Numbered from the stretch's first letter, positions 11,471-25,294 are shown. The stretch is DNA of 64,000 nt from Octopus vulgaris (GCA_951406725.2 OX597820.1:87606001-87670000), one strand, 5' to 3'. The notes: generated by a model not told the origin, from the sequence alone. Numbers and translations are program-made.

Positions 11471-14244
11471 TTCTTCCATTTAAATGAAAGACTTGATTAG
11501 ACTTGCTAAGAATCAGCAGATCTAATCTTTAGAGACATAACATCAATGTTGATATTTTTAAGATAGACTTAAAGCCAGGAAAATTTGTGGATAGAGATTA
11601 GTTCAGAAAAATTGACCTCAGTACTTAACTGGTACTTTATTTTGACCCCAATGAGCTGATAAGCAAAGTTGACTTGAAAAGGAATTGAGTTCAGAATGCA
11701 AAAAAACTGTAACAAATACTGCCATTAATTTTTACTGGTTTGGCTCTTTATGTCCTGCATTTGAATCCTGAGTTAACTTTACTTTTTATCCTTCCAGGGT
11801 TCAGTAGGTTTGTTAAAAAGAGAACCAGTCAAATACTGGGGTTAGTTTAATCAACTAACTCTCCCATTCTCAAATTCCAGGCCTTGTATCTGCATTAGAA
11901 ACATTATTTGTAGTTTTGGAGGATTGGCAGAGTCATTAGAACATCGTTCAAAATGCTTTACCTTATTTGTTTCAGCTTGTTTTAAGTTCAAATCCCACTG
12001 AAGTCCACTTCACCATTGTGGTTGATGAAATAAGTACCAATCGGGTACTAGAACAAGTGTATTGACTAATCTCTTTCCTCAAATTCCTGGCATTGTATTC
12101 ATTTTAGAAACATATAATTCTCACATCTTCAAAGATTATATTTGTTAATTCCTAGCAGTTCTCACCAAGTTTTCAATTTAAATATAGTTAAGCTTCCTAG
12201 TGCAAAGACATGTATTCTCCCCACCTCCGTATTTGGTCAGAATATGAAGCAAACATTGTGAGATGTGTTAACCACAGTGTAAAATGAGGTCAAGCGAAAG
12301 AGTTTGTGCCAACAAGTTAATAGCTTCTAGCAATGTCTATAGGAATTTTTTTTTATGTATTTAATGATGGGAATTTTCCCCTGTTGTTTTGTTTTACTTT
12401 CTTTTTCACTTTTCAAGTCAAACATATTGTTACTGCTCTAGTATTCCGTTTATGTTTAGTTATTATTGAATATTGTAAAGTTATTTTGAATGAAAATTGT
12501 GGGTTGCCTTTCATGCCAATGTTTCCTCTAGCTGTAGCCATTTCCTGTCAACACCCATACTTCATTCATAACACTCTCATCTACCATTGTCCTCTGCTAC
12601 CTTTGTTTGCAACTCACAACATTCACTCTTATGTACTTAGGATCACCTCCATCCCATCACCATACATCTCTCAATCTCCCTTACACTCTTGTAACCTTTA
12701 CCCACCCTTTCCCACTTATCTCTCTCTTTCAATCCTCCCCATCTCTACTGCATTCAGCTGCTCATTGCTCTTTCTGTATTGCCAGTCATCACTTCCTTTC
12801 CCCTGGGCCACTTCTATTGACATCCATTCCTCATTCTTATCACCTTCCCTCCTCTTTATACTTACCACCCTTGTTCACCATTTACTAAATTCACTCCTAT
12901 TCATTTCTATAACCACTTCTCACTCTCCCTCCCTTACTCTTGCAACATTTACCCATCCTTACTTCCTTTACTTCTGACTCCACACTCTCTTCTGTTCACC
13001 TTATGTTTTGAGGGTATATTCCAACCTCTTGTCACCCCTCCTCTCTCTCCAGCTCCACTCCAGTTACTCCTATCTCCTTATAGGGTAGCCATCTATCTTC
13101 TCTATAACTACAAATCTGTTCCCATTCCTTCTGTCATACTTTAACTTCCCAACACCTTGCATAAAGCCATTTCCCTCTATATTATACTCTCATTTTGTGA
13201 AGGTGGCCTTTTAAATCTTTTGAGTTACATGGTAACTTCACTAGTGCTGGTGCCACAAAATGGAGCCAGTACTCTCTGCAAAATAGTTGCCAATAGGAAG
13301 GATATTCAATCATTGAAACCATGCCAAATCTGAGCCACTGGTGCAATTCATGGTCCTCTGACCTGTTGGATCCTGTCACTATCCAACTTGTAACAGCATG
13401 GAAAGTGAATGTGAAATGATGATGATTGTTTGTTAAAATAGGTTTATTTATTAAAAGTAAGTTAAAAAGGAATAATGGATCATTAACACCCGGGGTGGAG
13501 GTGAAACTATTTATAGTAAAAAAAAAAAAAATACAAATTTGTCTTGAAAATGAAGAAGACTTCAAGTTTCGTCTAATGACTTTTTCAGCCTCAAAATTTT
13601 GAGGTCCCAATGAACTTGATAGATATCACCTCATGTATGTAATCTCTATCGTCATGTATGTATATGTATGTAATGTATATCTTCAGATGAAAAAGTTAGG
13701 AAAGTAGTATAAGTGAAAGATGTAGGATATTCTCTCCGTAACAGCTATATTGATGGATATTGTTTATCTGACCAGTCATTGTTCTTAGGAAGATGTAGGT
13801 TTACTGTCAGTTGTCACACGAGGAAGTTATGTTTTTTAAAACTATTATGTAAATCTAACATTCTTTCTAAAAATATTTGCCAAGTTTTGGGGATGAGTCC
13901 AATCTCATCACTGTTTTATTTTCACTTACTGTTTAGCTCCAGAGTTCTGACCACACTGATCTCTGATCAAAAGCATGCTAGCCATGACTGCTCCATCCTT
14001 TTTGTTTCTCGGAACCACTAAATATAGGATCACATCCAATGTTTTCATTTGAGATTGTGGTTTGATGTGATTTAAAGGAAATTAGGTTGCCATTCCACAG
14101 TTATATACACATTTAAAATGAATATGCACACTGGCATTTTAATCTAAGGTTGTTTCACATGCATATATTCAATTTAGATGCTATTTCTAGTATGTTGAAT
14201 AGCTGCATTGAGGCTTCCTCAGTTGTTGACATGTTTTCTACAAA

Positions 14245-14558
14245 TTGCTGGCCTCCATGCCGGTGGCATGTAAAAAGCACCATCCGATCGTGGCCATTGC
14301 CAGCCTTGCCTGGCCTCCGTGCCGGTGGCATGTAAAAAAGTACCATCCGATCGTGGCCGTTTGCCAGCCTCGTCTGGCACGTAAAAGCACCCACTACACT
14401 CATGGAGTGGTTGGCATTAGGAAGGGCATCCAGCCGTAGAAACATTGCCAGATCAGACTGGGCCTGGTGCAGCCTTCTGGCTTCCCAGACCCCAGTTGAA
14501 CCGTCCAACCCATGCCAGCATGGAAAGCAGACGCTAAACGACGATGATGATGATGATG
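14245..14558 (+). mobile_element. RTE 3'UTR fragment with tandem ~58-bp duplication and (gat)n tail
   Basis: Repeated gccggtggcatgtaaaaagcaccatccgatcgtggcc; ggttggcattaggaagggcatcc; gatgatgat end. Confidence 0.85.
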
Positions 14559-15249
14559 TTGGTCCTCCTCTTGTCACATAAAGAAAAAAAACCTTTTTAA
14601 AATTAATTTCTCTTAAATGGATATGAAGCATAAATATATCTTTGATTGAAATTTGAATTTACACTTAGTCTAATCCTTGCTGGCCTGAATTGAACTGCAT
14701 TTCCCTGGAACTACTTTCCTACTTATATTTTGTTTATAAGCACCAACCTAGAACATGATGAATGCCATTAACTTCAATTTGGGAAGACTTCATGAACTCT
14801 GTTATCATTGCTTATATAGGATGTTTACAGAAAATAAAATAAACAAAATTTAGTACTCTAAGTTTATTGCATGTGTATAAAATCAGATACAAAATTCAAA
14901 AAAGTCTGCTTACCACCAGATTAGTAATTTATTTTTTGAAAAAGTAAAAATTACTAAAACTATGATTGGAATGTTTGAATATGCAAATAGATTGGATTGG
15001 GAATAGATAAGTGTGGGTAAATTGAAAAAAATAGGGAAATATATGTAAACACGTGGTATAGTTTTAAAAACGGGTTTATAAATCAATATTACAATGTATT
15101 GTGAGTAAATATAAAGTATATATAGCATAGGAGTAAGAATTGAGATGATTGCTATGTATATGTATATGCATTTATCTATGTTGACACTAAATGATGTATG
15201 AAAAGCTGTGTAAATATATAACATTCTTCAGTGTGGTTGAACGAGTATG

Positions 15250-16470
15250 GTTGATAAAAATCCAGCTAAAGCTTGGGAGATTGACATAGATTTTTCAGAA
15301 TGCATCCTCTATTGAGAGACTGTTGTGTAAGACTTTTTGGTTATTCATTCTTGATGATGCTTTGTACGGACAAATATTTGTCCACCTTACACAATAAGGC
15401 GTACCTTGGTGTAATGCAGTCAGGTTTTATAAACAAACAGAAGTGAGGGGGGGGGGGGCATGACTGAATTTAATGGGAATGCAAATGTCTTGGTTTGACT
15501 TTTGAGAGAGGAAGACATCTGTGGGCTCACATGATTATGGACACCAACGTGCAATGTGCACGTGTCAAGGCATGAACTGAATTACTAAGAGCTGTGTAGT
15601 AAATACTGGTGCTATTATGTTGTTGAAAATGCCAGAGTAGACCAACCCTCGAAGGCTGTTATTGCTTTCCTCATAGAGTGGCTCTAATTGGTTCTGTTTG
15701 CTATAGCTCTTTGTTCAGGTATCAGTGTCATTCCCTTAGCCTTGTTTTTATCTCTTCATTAGCCAATCTTCTTAAAACTGCCAAGAGAATTGTCATAAAA
15801 TTATGTTGCTTTCATGAATGATATCTCCAGACCATCAAAGCTTGGCCCTGGAATATTTGATTTGATACTTGTAGAGATAATTATTTATAAGAGCTGATCA
15901 GTCTGTTAAGCACTGAATGTGGAGCTATTACAAATCCAAATTTTTCAGTCATACCGGAACATGACAAAAATTATAGCATTACACACCTTGAATTTATTAG
16001 AAAGGTGAATGTCTTTCTGTGACAGGACTTTATAGAGTCAACTTGGCACTTGATTTGCATTTTGGTCCTACCTGCAATTCTGTCCTTCAAAGCATTTTGT
16101 TGATAGTAATGTTTGCTACTGTGGGATGCAGTTTGCTGATTGTTTGGTAAAACACATTTGATACTTTATGGTACTTCATAACAGTTCTTAAAATGGTTTT
16201 TCAGGATGCCAGAGTTAATGGAAATAGTATTTCAGGAGTATTTCTCTTCATTATTTTTGCAGCAAGATGCATCAAACAATATACTGTAGGCCATCCATTA
16301 TGAAAAATATTGGGGTACATATATGGCCTTATTTGACTCCTCTGAAGATTCACTATCTAAGCATCTTTTTTGCTGGTATGCAGAAGAATTGTGCATTTGA
16401 ATTTCTGTTTGCCATCTTCCTGGAACTTTCTGTTGTGTCAAATGAAGCCAGAGAGTGGTTCATGGTCTGC
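15250..16470 (-). mobile_element. Highly decayed non-LTR retrotransposon RT region
   Basis: Minus strand near 16300-16345 reads FRGVK*GHICTPIFF, resembling the RGVKQGDPLSPxLF RT motif. Boundaries uncertain. Confidence 0.45.
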
Positions 16471-16472
16471 TC

Positions 16473-16504
<32 letters not shown>

Positions 16505-18399
16505 ATAAAGGCTACCATTGGTTTCATGTTAAGAAAAATATCTTAATATCTTGACAATTTTTCAAGCTGATCACATAGGAATGGTGTTTGTCTGAGCATT
16601 CATTCTTGTTGTTGAGGAAAAGCAAGTGCAGGGATGGATTTCGGAAAGGTTGATATCCTGCTCAGGAAGCTCTAGATAAATGGTTTGCATAAGGCTTCAG
16701 TGGGGGTGAAAATATGGGTAACAAGAGATGAGTAATTAGGTGGGTTTAAGTGAATTGACATGAAATCTTTTGGAGGAGCACAGTCAATTGTAGAGGTGTT
16801 AAAAAAGATAGTTCAGAAGTTGCAGTATGCTGAGGAATGAGTTAATGCCAATCAGACAGACGGCTTCTCATCAGATGTGATTTAAGATTTATGTATATAT
16901 ATATTTATGTAGCAGTAATACTTCATTATAGGTCTTGCTTGAGATCCACAATGGAGTTATGTTAATAACAAGTAAATATTTAATGATAATATCTCTCTTT
17001 CTCATGACAAACAAACAAATTCTTCTTTTGAACTGTGTATATTGAGTCTGTCCATATCATCTTCAAGAATTTTCTGGATTATCATTTGGCATCGATACTT
17101 GTTTCTTAACTATCTACTTACTTGTGTACTTGTGTTTCTTTTTATTATAGATTACTATCTTTTATAATAGATTACTAACTGTACTTGTGTTTCTTTTTAT
17201 AATAAACTATCTTTGTATTTGGAAGCTTTTCTCAATTTCTAATTATGATTATAGAATATTTCCTTTCTTGCCAATAACTTCATTCTTTAGCTGATTCATC
17301 ATCTTCATCATTTAACAGCTTCTTTACATGTTGGATTGGGCTGGCCAGGTCATCACTATCTGAGTCGGTTCTTATTTGGATTTACTGCCATCTTAGACCT
17401 GTTGGTGATCAATCCTCACTTGAAATTCATCCATAGTCAGGATTTAGTACTAATTGTTTAAGTAACGGCTGGTCAAATTCTTATAGAAAGTTTAAATGTC
17501 AGTTAAAGTAGCATTATTGCTTGCTAATATCAGCATTATCTTTTGATTGTCATTTCTGATTGCAGCTATAGGATCAGTTATAACTGTATAGTTAAAAAAT
17601 TCATTTTGCAATTATGGGTTTGGTTCCACAATGTAGCACCTAGGGTATATGTATTCCTATCACATTAGGAGTAAGTTTATCACTCAAGAACAGCTAGCTC
17701 ATTGATCAAAAGTTTTAGTTTTCTTGAGCAATAAACTGAATCTGTGACATGGTTTAGCACCATTACCAGGTCCTTGGGTATCTTTATCAGTCCCATTCTG
17801 TTGAAATCATTCAGGCCAGGTCTCCTGTCTGAGGATAACTAAGTATCCAGTTTCCTACTGCAGTAATATGTATTTAGGGTTCTCTTTTTCCATTTTATGG
17901 AAGGAGGCTAAAAGAAAAAGTCATGAATGCTATTCTTCCTATCTAACAAAATCGTAACAAACAAAACAAGAATGAGACAAAATTAGGTTTTTAAAAAAAA
18001 TTTTTTTTTGAATCAGAAACATTGCTTCTTGTTTGAACCAACAACTGAAAAAGTAGATTGCTTGTGGTCCATCAAGCAGATAGGTTGTATTTAATTTCCA
18101 CTGATGTTGGTGTTGTCCCAGATACTAGCTGCCCTCTACTGTAATGTTCTTGTGATTCATGTAATGCTCGTAGAGGACATACTACATGTCACAATAATAT
18201 AGATAACACTGTAGTGTTGCAAGGGACATACAGCTTGTGACAATGATTGACATTAACATAATCAGGTCAGTTGGGGGCTACATATCTCGATGACATAATA
18301 GTTGTTTAGTATTAAGACACATCACATGCACAATAATGAACAATAATATCGTGGTGCTAGTAGGGGACATTCATATCATAATGGTAGATATAATTTGTT

Positions 18400-18722
18400 C
18401 GTTTATTGGCCACAAGGGCTAACAAAAATCAATTAAAACATAAAGGGACAAAACACAGGACGAAAGTTACAAAGGGTTTTGTCCGTTTGAAAAAAGTCTG
18501 TGTACTAAAGCAGGATAACAACGAAATATAAGTAACAATTAAAACTCCCAATAGGGGGAGGCGCTTCGAAAGGTTACTCGTGGAAAAAGCCATTGGAGCC
18601 TGGTCAAAAGAGCGGGTAGAGAACCCCTTTCTCCTTTTATATTTTCTTTTAATTTTCACAGGTGTATCCTCAGAATTGGTCCATTCATACTGGCCATTCT
18701 TGTGACATTCACCCACCTTAAT
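18400..18722 (-). mobile_element. 5'-truncated LINE 3' end (L1/Tx1-like ORF2 terminus and 3'UTR)
   Basis: Minus strand RWVNVTRMASMNGPILRIHL* followed by a UTR ending in gcccttgtggccaataaa. Clade assignment is from recollection. Confidence 0.6.
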
Positions 18723-19411
18723 GTAATTGTGTAGTGCGGTTGTACCAACTACATGTCATTGTGGTTTAGAAGAAATATATAATCTTGTTTTTGTAGGTTT
18801 TAGCCAACATTTTCTTCCGAAAATAATTTTTGTTTTTATTGTTTTAAATCTGTATTTATTGCTTTACACTGGTTGTCAGTTCCTTTTTATATTTTATGTG
18901 ACTTCTGTGTCTGTGTGTTTTGTCCTTGTTAACATCAGTTGGTTTATTTCTTAGTTGAGTCATTGATCTTTTGAAGTTAATATCAAATGAAAATTATCTG
19001 GAGAGATCTTAACTATGGAGTTGGAACTAAAGTGCATCATCATTTCTTTATTCACCTATTACTATCAACATCTTACTATAAACTGGTTATTTACTTTCCC
19101 TTCTGTAATCAATAGTGCTGAAACAACAACATACAACAGTATAAAGTTACAAAATGTAGTACCTGAAGGTGACTCAGGGAAGATTATGTACGAGTCCACA
19201 AAGGTGACAGTGTCTATAAACTTTTTACATCTAACTTAAATTAAAAGCTGATATTGATATCCTTCCTGTCCTTGCAATGTTCTAGATAATAACAAATAAA
19301 TCCTTATGTCCTTGCTTCTTGTCCAACAATGCTGGTTTCTTGTATCGTTTCATGATTTAACAGTTTATGAGAAATTTAATTCTCCCAAGTTGGCATAGGC
19401 TTCTGAAGGAA

Positions 19412-19413
<2 letters not shown>

Positions 19414-19453
<40 letters not shown>
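19414..19453. repeat. (GT)n microsatellite
   Basis: About 20 GT units. Similar tracts at ~16478-16504, 19999-20036 (CA), 20318-20342 (CA) and 47774-47808 (TA). Confidence 0.95.
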
Positions 19454-19457
<4 letters not shown>

Positions 19458-19996
19458 CAGCCATGACACACAATAGTAACATACTAGTCTGTTTTGGAGG
19501 TTTCGCTTAATTTTGATACAACCTTATATTGAATGCTGACCTAATAAAAAATGTTCTTTGTATATGAATGCACACAGTGTGTGTGAGGGGTCCCACTACA
19601 CAGCACCTAGGATAATTTTCTATGATAGCCCAAGACCAACCAATGCTGTGGGAGAGAATTTGGTAGATGGGAACAGCTGGAAGCTGTCATGTGTGTGTCT
19701 GCTAATATGCATATGATTATATTCCATACTGTTACTGCTTAAGCAAAGCGGTGGTTATTCTGGTACTGTGTGCTACTGGACTTGAAATTTCACATCACCA
19801 AATAGTCTCTTTTGACAAAATCTATGAAATGCTGCATGATTTCTTGGTAGACTGCTGTGTTGGTTGTTACCCTGAACAAACATAGTAGTCAAATACCTGC
19901 ATATGACATGCAACTCTAAACCATCAATCTCTGCATGTCTGCAAGAGTTTGACCTGAGACTTCAAACAGTTGGGATTCTGTTCTTCTCTTGTCCTC

Positions 19997-20039
<43 letters not shown>

Positions 20040-20050
20040 CGGACAGACGG

Positions 20051-20183
20051 ATAATTTGACTGCAGTGTGGGTTGAACAGGTCTATATCACTCCACATGTC
20101 ATATATCTTATATTTTTTGATTCCTGCTCCTAATTCACCAAGCCAGGCCAGGCCAGGATGTTGTCCAGTTTTTCAATTTGTTG
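20051..20183 (+). repeat. 133-bp perfect direct duplicate, copy 1 (copy 2 at 21536-21668)
   Basis: Base-by-base comparison found no mismatch. Confidence 0.95.
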
Positions 20184-21535
20184 AACGGACGGACATAAAC
20201 AATTATCTTATGAACTTCATTAGCTTACAGCTGTTTCTGCTGTAAGAGGCAGTAGACTCATTGTTGAGGGCCTGAGTAACACGTTATACTTCATCACAGC
20301 ACTTTAATGAATATTGCACACACACACACACACACACACACATCACTTGTTTAATGTCCTCCTTTCGTGCTGGCATGAGTTATATGTATAGCTTGTATAT
20401 AGATATTGGTATATATATATGTGTAATGTGATAAATTTTGTCCAGTAAAGCCTTCTCCAGATATCATTGAAAGCACGCTTTTAGTTAAGTACAGTTATTA
20501 TTACTACGTAATTCTCATCTGTATACCTGAACAATATTAAAATTCACTGATGATATCAAAAACACACAAGTATTTATTTTTTTGTTTTGCTAAAATGTGT
20601 TTTGCTCCACCCAGTTTTGAAGTAAATTTTATTTTTTAATCTAGAAGAAATAAAACTATTTTTCTTTGTATTTATATTTATATATTATTTTTTTTAAGCA
20701 TTCCTGACAAGATTAATACCCCTGTCCTACAGCTATACCACATAGAAGAGTATTACAGGAATTGTTATCCATCCGTTGGGATGTACAATTTTCCTGTTTG
20801 CTTAGTTAATTTTCTTTTCCACTTAATCTATTTATTTAAAGCAAACTTATTGTTCTGCTATTATTTGTTTATATTTCTTTTATACTTTTTATTATCTCCA
20901 TTGGCTAAATGAAGTAGGTTTTTAGTTTTATGAATGTTTAATGTAACAAAAATTTGATGAAAGAATACACCATTAAGAAAGCTAGTCTTTATAGTGAAGC
21001 CTGCTCTCGTTTTTAAAAAATTCCATTTAGCGTAAAGGTTATTTAAAAATTCTCTGTTTCAAAAATACATAAGTATTAAGTGTGTGAAAGGAGGGGGATA
21101 GAAAAGAGAAAAGTGACATGGATATTTTGTAGTCAGTTCTAGCTTTTGTTTAATTCTGAACAACTGTTCACATGGCAGCTGTGGAAATTTCATTTGATAA
21201 AAATGTGACGAGGAGAATAAGAATTAAGAGCGGATAGTTAGATGAAGGAATGTTTTGCTCCACAACTATTATGTCTGAAGTTACTTCATAAGAATAGCCT
21301 GTCCTAATTAGTGACTACATAATCATGCACTGTTGTTGACTTGTACATCTTGACATATGTGATATTTTTGTCTTTGGTATTTGAACTCTAAAGTTTTAAA
21401 AGCATAGTTCTGGATTATTATACAAACAATTTCTTTTTGTTTTTATGAAATGAGTTTATAAAAGTCTGTCTGGTTTAGGATATCTAAACTGTAATCTTAT
21501 CACTTGTTTGAATAAGACTTATTTCCAATATATAT

Positions 21536-21668
21536 ATAATTTGACTGCAGTGTGGGTTGAACAGGTCTATATCACTCCACATGTCATATATCTTATATTT
21601 TTTGATTCCTGCTCCTAATTCACCAAGCCAGGCCAGGCCAGGATGTTGTCCAGTTTTTCAATTTGTTG
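21536..21668 (+). repeat. 133-bp perfect direct duplicate, copy 2
   Basis: Identical to 20051-20183. Confidence 0.95.
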
Positions 21669-23736
21669 TGTAACTTGTCTCTGCTATCCTATATCTGTTA
21701 CTATATCTGGTTGAGAAAATTGTAACGGTATCCACTATAAGAATAGGTTAGATGGATAGGATTAGTATTTTATTGTTGTAATTGTATCTGCAATGCTGAC
21801 TGCTATTGAATATGGTCAGTTTCATTGTTTTAATTAGGTGAATGTGGTCAATGCTTGGTAGTTGTTATGGTGTCCACAGTGAGAGCAATCTTGGTGGATA
21901 TGGTCAGTGTTTGGTAGCCATAATGGTGTCCTCAAAGAAGACAAGGTAGAAGGATATGTAGTCATCTAATAGCTTATATGTGAAAACCTGGTTCAGTAAT
22001 AAAAACCATAATGTGGGACAAACCTTCCTAGCCTCAAGACATCAGCTAATATATCAAACACATGTTCATAAAAGTGTTATTAATTTAAAATGAATGAGCA
22101 TCAAATGCTGCCTTACTACTACTCCTCAGGACACTTTATCAAGTCCATTTATACACCCACACCTCTCTGTGCTATCATATATTCCTGTTCACTGCATGCA
22201 ACACTTATCATAATGTAAATATCAAGTTATACTGACATGAGTTTTATATCTATCTTCTTCATAAGCTTCCAGATATACTTGTATATGAACATGATATATA
22301 TGGAAAATGTCTCTTTGAGAACAGATAAATTAAAGCACTAGACATGGAATACAAAAAGGAAGTTACTAGAAATAGCAGCCAAGTTTTTCTCAAACCACAT
22401 CTTACATATAGATACAGGAGGAGGAGATACTAAGAAATATAGTCCTACATATTCTTGAAAAGACAAGATGGTCACGACTGGAATGTTTTTGATCATAGAT
22501 CTGCTTGATCAGGGTTGACATTGGGTTAAATATTTCCATCCTAACTCAACATAACCATAAAAAGTCAGGCAAGTAAGATAACATATACACCATTACCACA
22601 ATGAGTTTCATGTAGCATGCGCAATGATTTTCACACATACACATGCATTCAAGGGGCATAAAACCTGAGCTTCATACAACTAAATTCATTAATACAACCT
22701 TTACTAGTATATTAACATGTAAGGCATAATACATATCATAATGTTACAGAAAATCTTAAAACTGAATCCTTTACAACTAAATTTGTTGGCACAACATTCA
22801 ACCAAAAATAAAGAAACCTCACCATTAACAATAGATTACAAACAATTCATAAACCCTACCAGAGACTAACTGCTTTACTTTGAACTCAATCTTTCCTTAC
22901 TAGCTTAATAAAAATACCAGTTGAAATAATACACTTCACCTTATGAAAAGCATTAATATAGATCACCTAATTTAGTTCTGATGTATTCACAAGTGCTGTT
23001 AATTGCAGGTAAACTGTATAATGTAGTTAGACTGAATTTTTTTGTATATGTATTTTCTTTGAAGGATTGGTTTTCTTAATATAACTGGCTTCCAATATGA
23101 AATAGGTTCTTTGTTCCACTTATAACTATCATAAAGATTTAAAAAAAAATAAAAGCTAATTTTTCTATACTGTTTCCTCATTTAATATTGGTTTTGTTAT
23201 CCTATTAAGGAAATAGAATAAATGGACAAAAGAGACATGGGCTCTGTCAAAGCAGCTTGTCCAGGAGGGCAGTAACTCTGGATAACAACCGATAAATGGT
23301 AGAGGGAACTTGTTGCTTTTGCTATAAACATTTCTAATGCTGGCGGGATGTTAAAATGCGCCCAATTCCTGATGAAAAGTAGTTGTAGAATGAAAGAGCA
23401 TCCAACCACAAAGCCATAACTAAAACCAATTCATAAACAACAATGAGGTTGATTGGTTTTCTCTGTTGCTCTTGCCAGATCATAAATGAGTGTGAACAGC
23501 AACACCTGTTCAACCTATGCAGGCATGGAAAAAAAATATGGATGTTGTTCATTAATTCAATCTCCTTATATTTTTCTTTGTATTCAATGAATGTTACAAT
23601 TTATTTTTGTCTGCTCTTTTCAGCTTAAGGCACTGATTATGCCAGTTGAAATTTATTTGTTGAAAAATTCAGTGCTGTAAAGTGCTGTATTTATAAGATG
23701 GCTACTTCAATAATTTTAATATAAATACCACACTTA

Positions 23737-24135
23737 AGGCAGTGAGCAGGTAGAATTGTTAGTATGCCGGGCAAAATGCTTAGCAGTATTTCGTCTGCCA
23801 TTACGTTCTGAGTTCAAATTCTGCCAAGGTCGACTTTGCCTTTCGTCCTTTCGGGGTCGATAAATTAAGTACCAGTTACGCACTGGGGTCAATATAATCG
23901 ACTTCATCCATCTGTCTGTCCTTGTTTGTCTCCTCTGTGTTTAGCCCCTTGTGGGTAGTAAAGAAATAGGTATTTCATCCATCCTTATGTTCTGAGTTCA
24001 AATTCCTCTGAGGTCAACTTTGCCTTTCATCCTTTCAGGGTTACTAAAATAGGTACCAGTTGAACACTGGGTTTGATATAATTGACTTACCCCTTCCCCT
24101 GAACTTGCTGATCTTGTGCTAAAATTTGAAACCAT
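23737..24135 (+). mobile_element. SINE family B (Deu/Nin-domain-like), two tandem copies
   Basis: gagttcaaattc B-box, then gactttgcctttcatcctttcggggtcgataaattaagtaccag; tail tttagccccttgtgggtagtaaagaaata. Confidence 0.85.
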
Positions 24136-24219
24136 TGTTAATACTACATTTTATTCACTATGAATATCTTATCAAGCACAATGAGATTCAGTGATTATCC
24201 CCAGTATTACTGTTTAATT

Positions 24220-24535
24220 GTGAAGGCGCGTGGCTTAGTGGTTAGGGGCATTTGACTCATAATCGTAAGTTTGTGAGTTCAATTCCCGGCGGCGCGTTGT
24301 TTCCTTGAGCAAGACACTTTATTTCACGTTGCTCCAGTCCACTCAGCTGGCAAAAATGAGTAGTACCTGTATTTCAAAGGGCCAGCCTTGTGTCACGCTG
24401 AATCTCCCCGAGAACTACGTTAAGGGTACACGTGTTTGTGGAGTGCTCAGCCACTTGCACGTTAATTTCACGAGCAAACTGTTCTGTTGATCGTATCAGC
24501 TGGGACCCTTGTCTTTACAACTGACGGAATGCTCC
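24220..24535 (+). mobile_element. SINE family C (tRNA head, CORE/MESC-like domain)
   Basis: A-box tggcttagtgg, B-box gagttcaattcc, ccttgagcaagacacttt...ccactcagctg. 3' half shared with 54715-55103 and 28795-29100. Confidence 0.85.
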
Positions 24536-25294
24536 TACTGTTTAATTGTATAACCTTAAAATGGGTTTTACTTGAAGTGTATGTGTTCGTATTTTATAAT
24601 ATTTATAAAACAGGTCCACTTAATTATAATGAACCAATCCTTGATGTGGATCTGTTAGTGTTTACCATTCTTATGTTTCTGTAATAATGCAGTAATTGTT
24701 AAAATTTTTTGTTTTGTTTTACATATGTCATCTGCTTTGTAAATGTTTCATTGTTTACTGTCGTAATCCTTTCTAAATATTTTATGTTTTGTGTTGGTCC
24801 TAGTCAACCATGTTTGAGTAGTGCTATGATATAACTCCTTGAAACATTTCAGTGACCTGCAAGCTTTAGACCTTGAAGATGCTTCTTTTTAGTTTGTTGA
24901 GTCCATGTTGTACATTGTACTATGCTGTTGGCTTGCTGAATAATGTGTAGAGAACATATTACATTTATTCCATTATCTTGTCATGATCTTGAAAATGATT
25001 GAAAACTAATTGACTCTGGCTGAAAAGAGTTTGCTGATGTATTGTGTATATGCAATTCCCTGGAGCTGGTTCACAACCTAGAACAGTTTCGAACTAATCT
25101 ATCGTTAATGTGTGTAGTTTGTCTTTCTACTGATTAGATGAGAGTGATATATTTTAGTTTCATTTATGAGCATTGATAAAAATCTATTTTACTAATTTAA
25201 TTATTGGTTTAGATGCAAAAATAGATTTGAAGTACTTTCAAAACTATTAAAAATATACCTATATTTCTATCTTTCATTTTTTCTTTCTTTGCAG

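Noticed and set aside
12333-12977. 214-aa hydrophobic ORF
   Set aside because: C/T-rich low-complexity tract that is depleted of stop codons by composition; no recognisable motif or splice context.
20051-21668. LTR pair of a small LTR/TRIM element
   Set aside because: The repeats lack TG...CA ends, PBS/PPT and an outer TSD; the interior looks like ordinary intron.
21690-21960. Possible gag-like zinc knuckle (CSHCGH) on the minus strand
   Set aside because: Too degenerate; no complete CCHC spacing.
22540-23000. A/C-skewed block suggesting a mitochondrial insertion
   Set aside because: No mitochondrial protein, rRNA or tRNA motif recognised.
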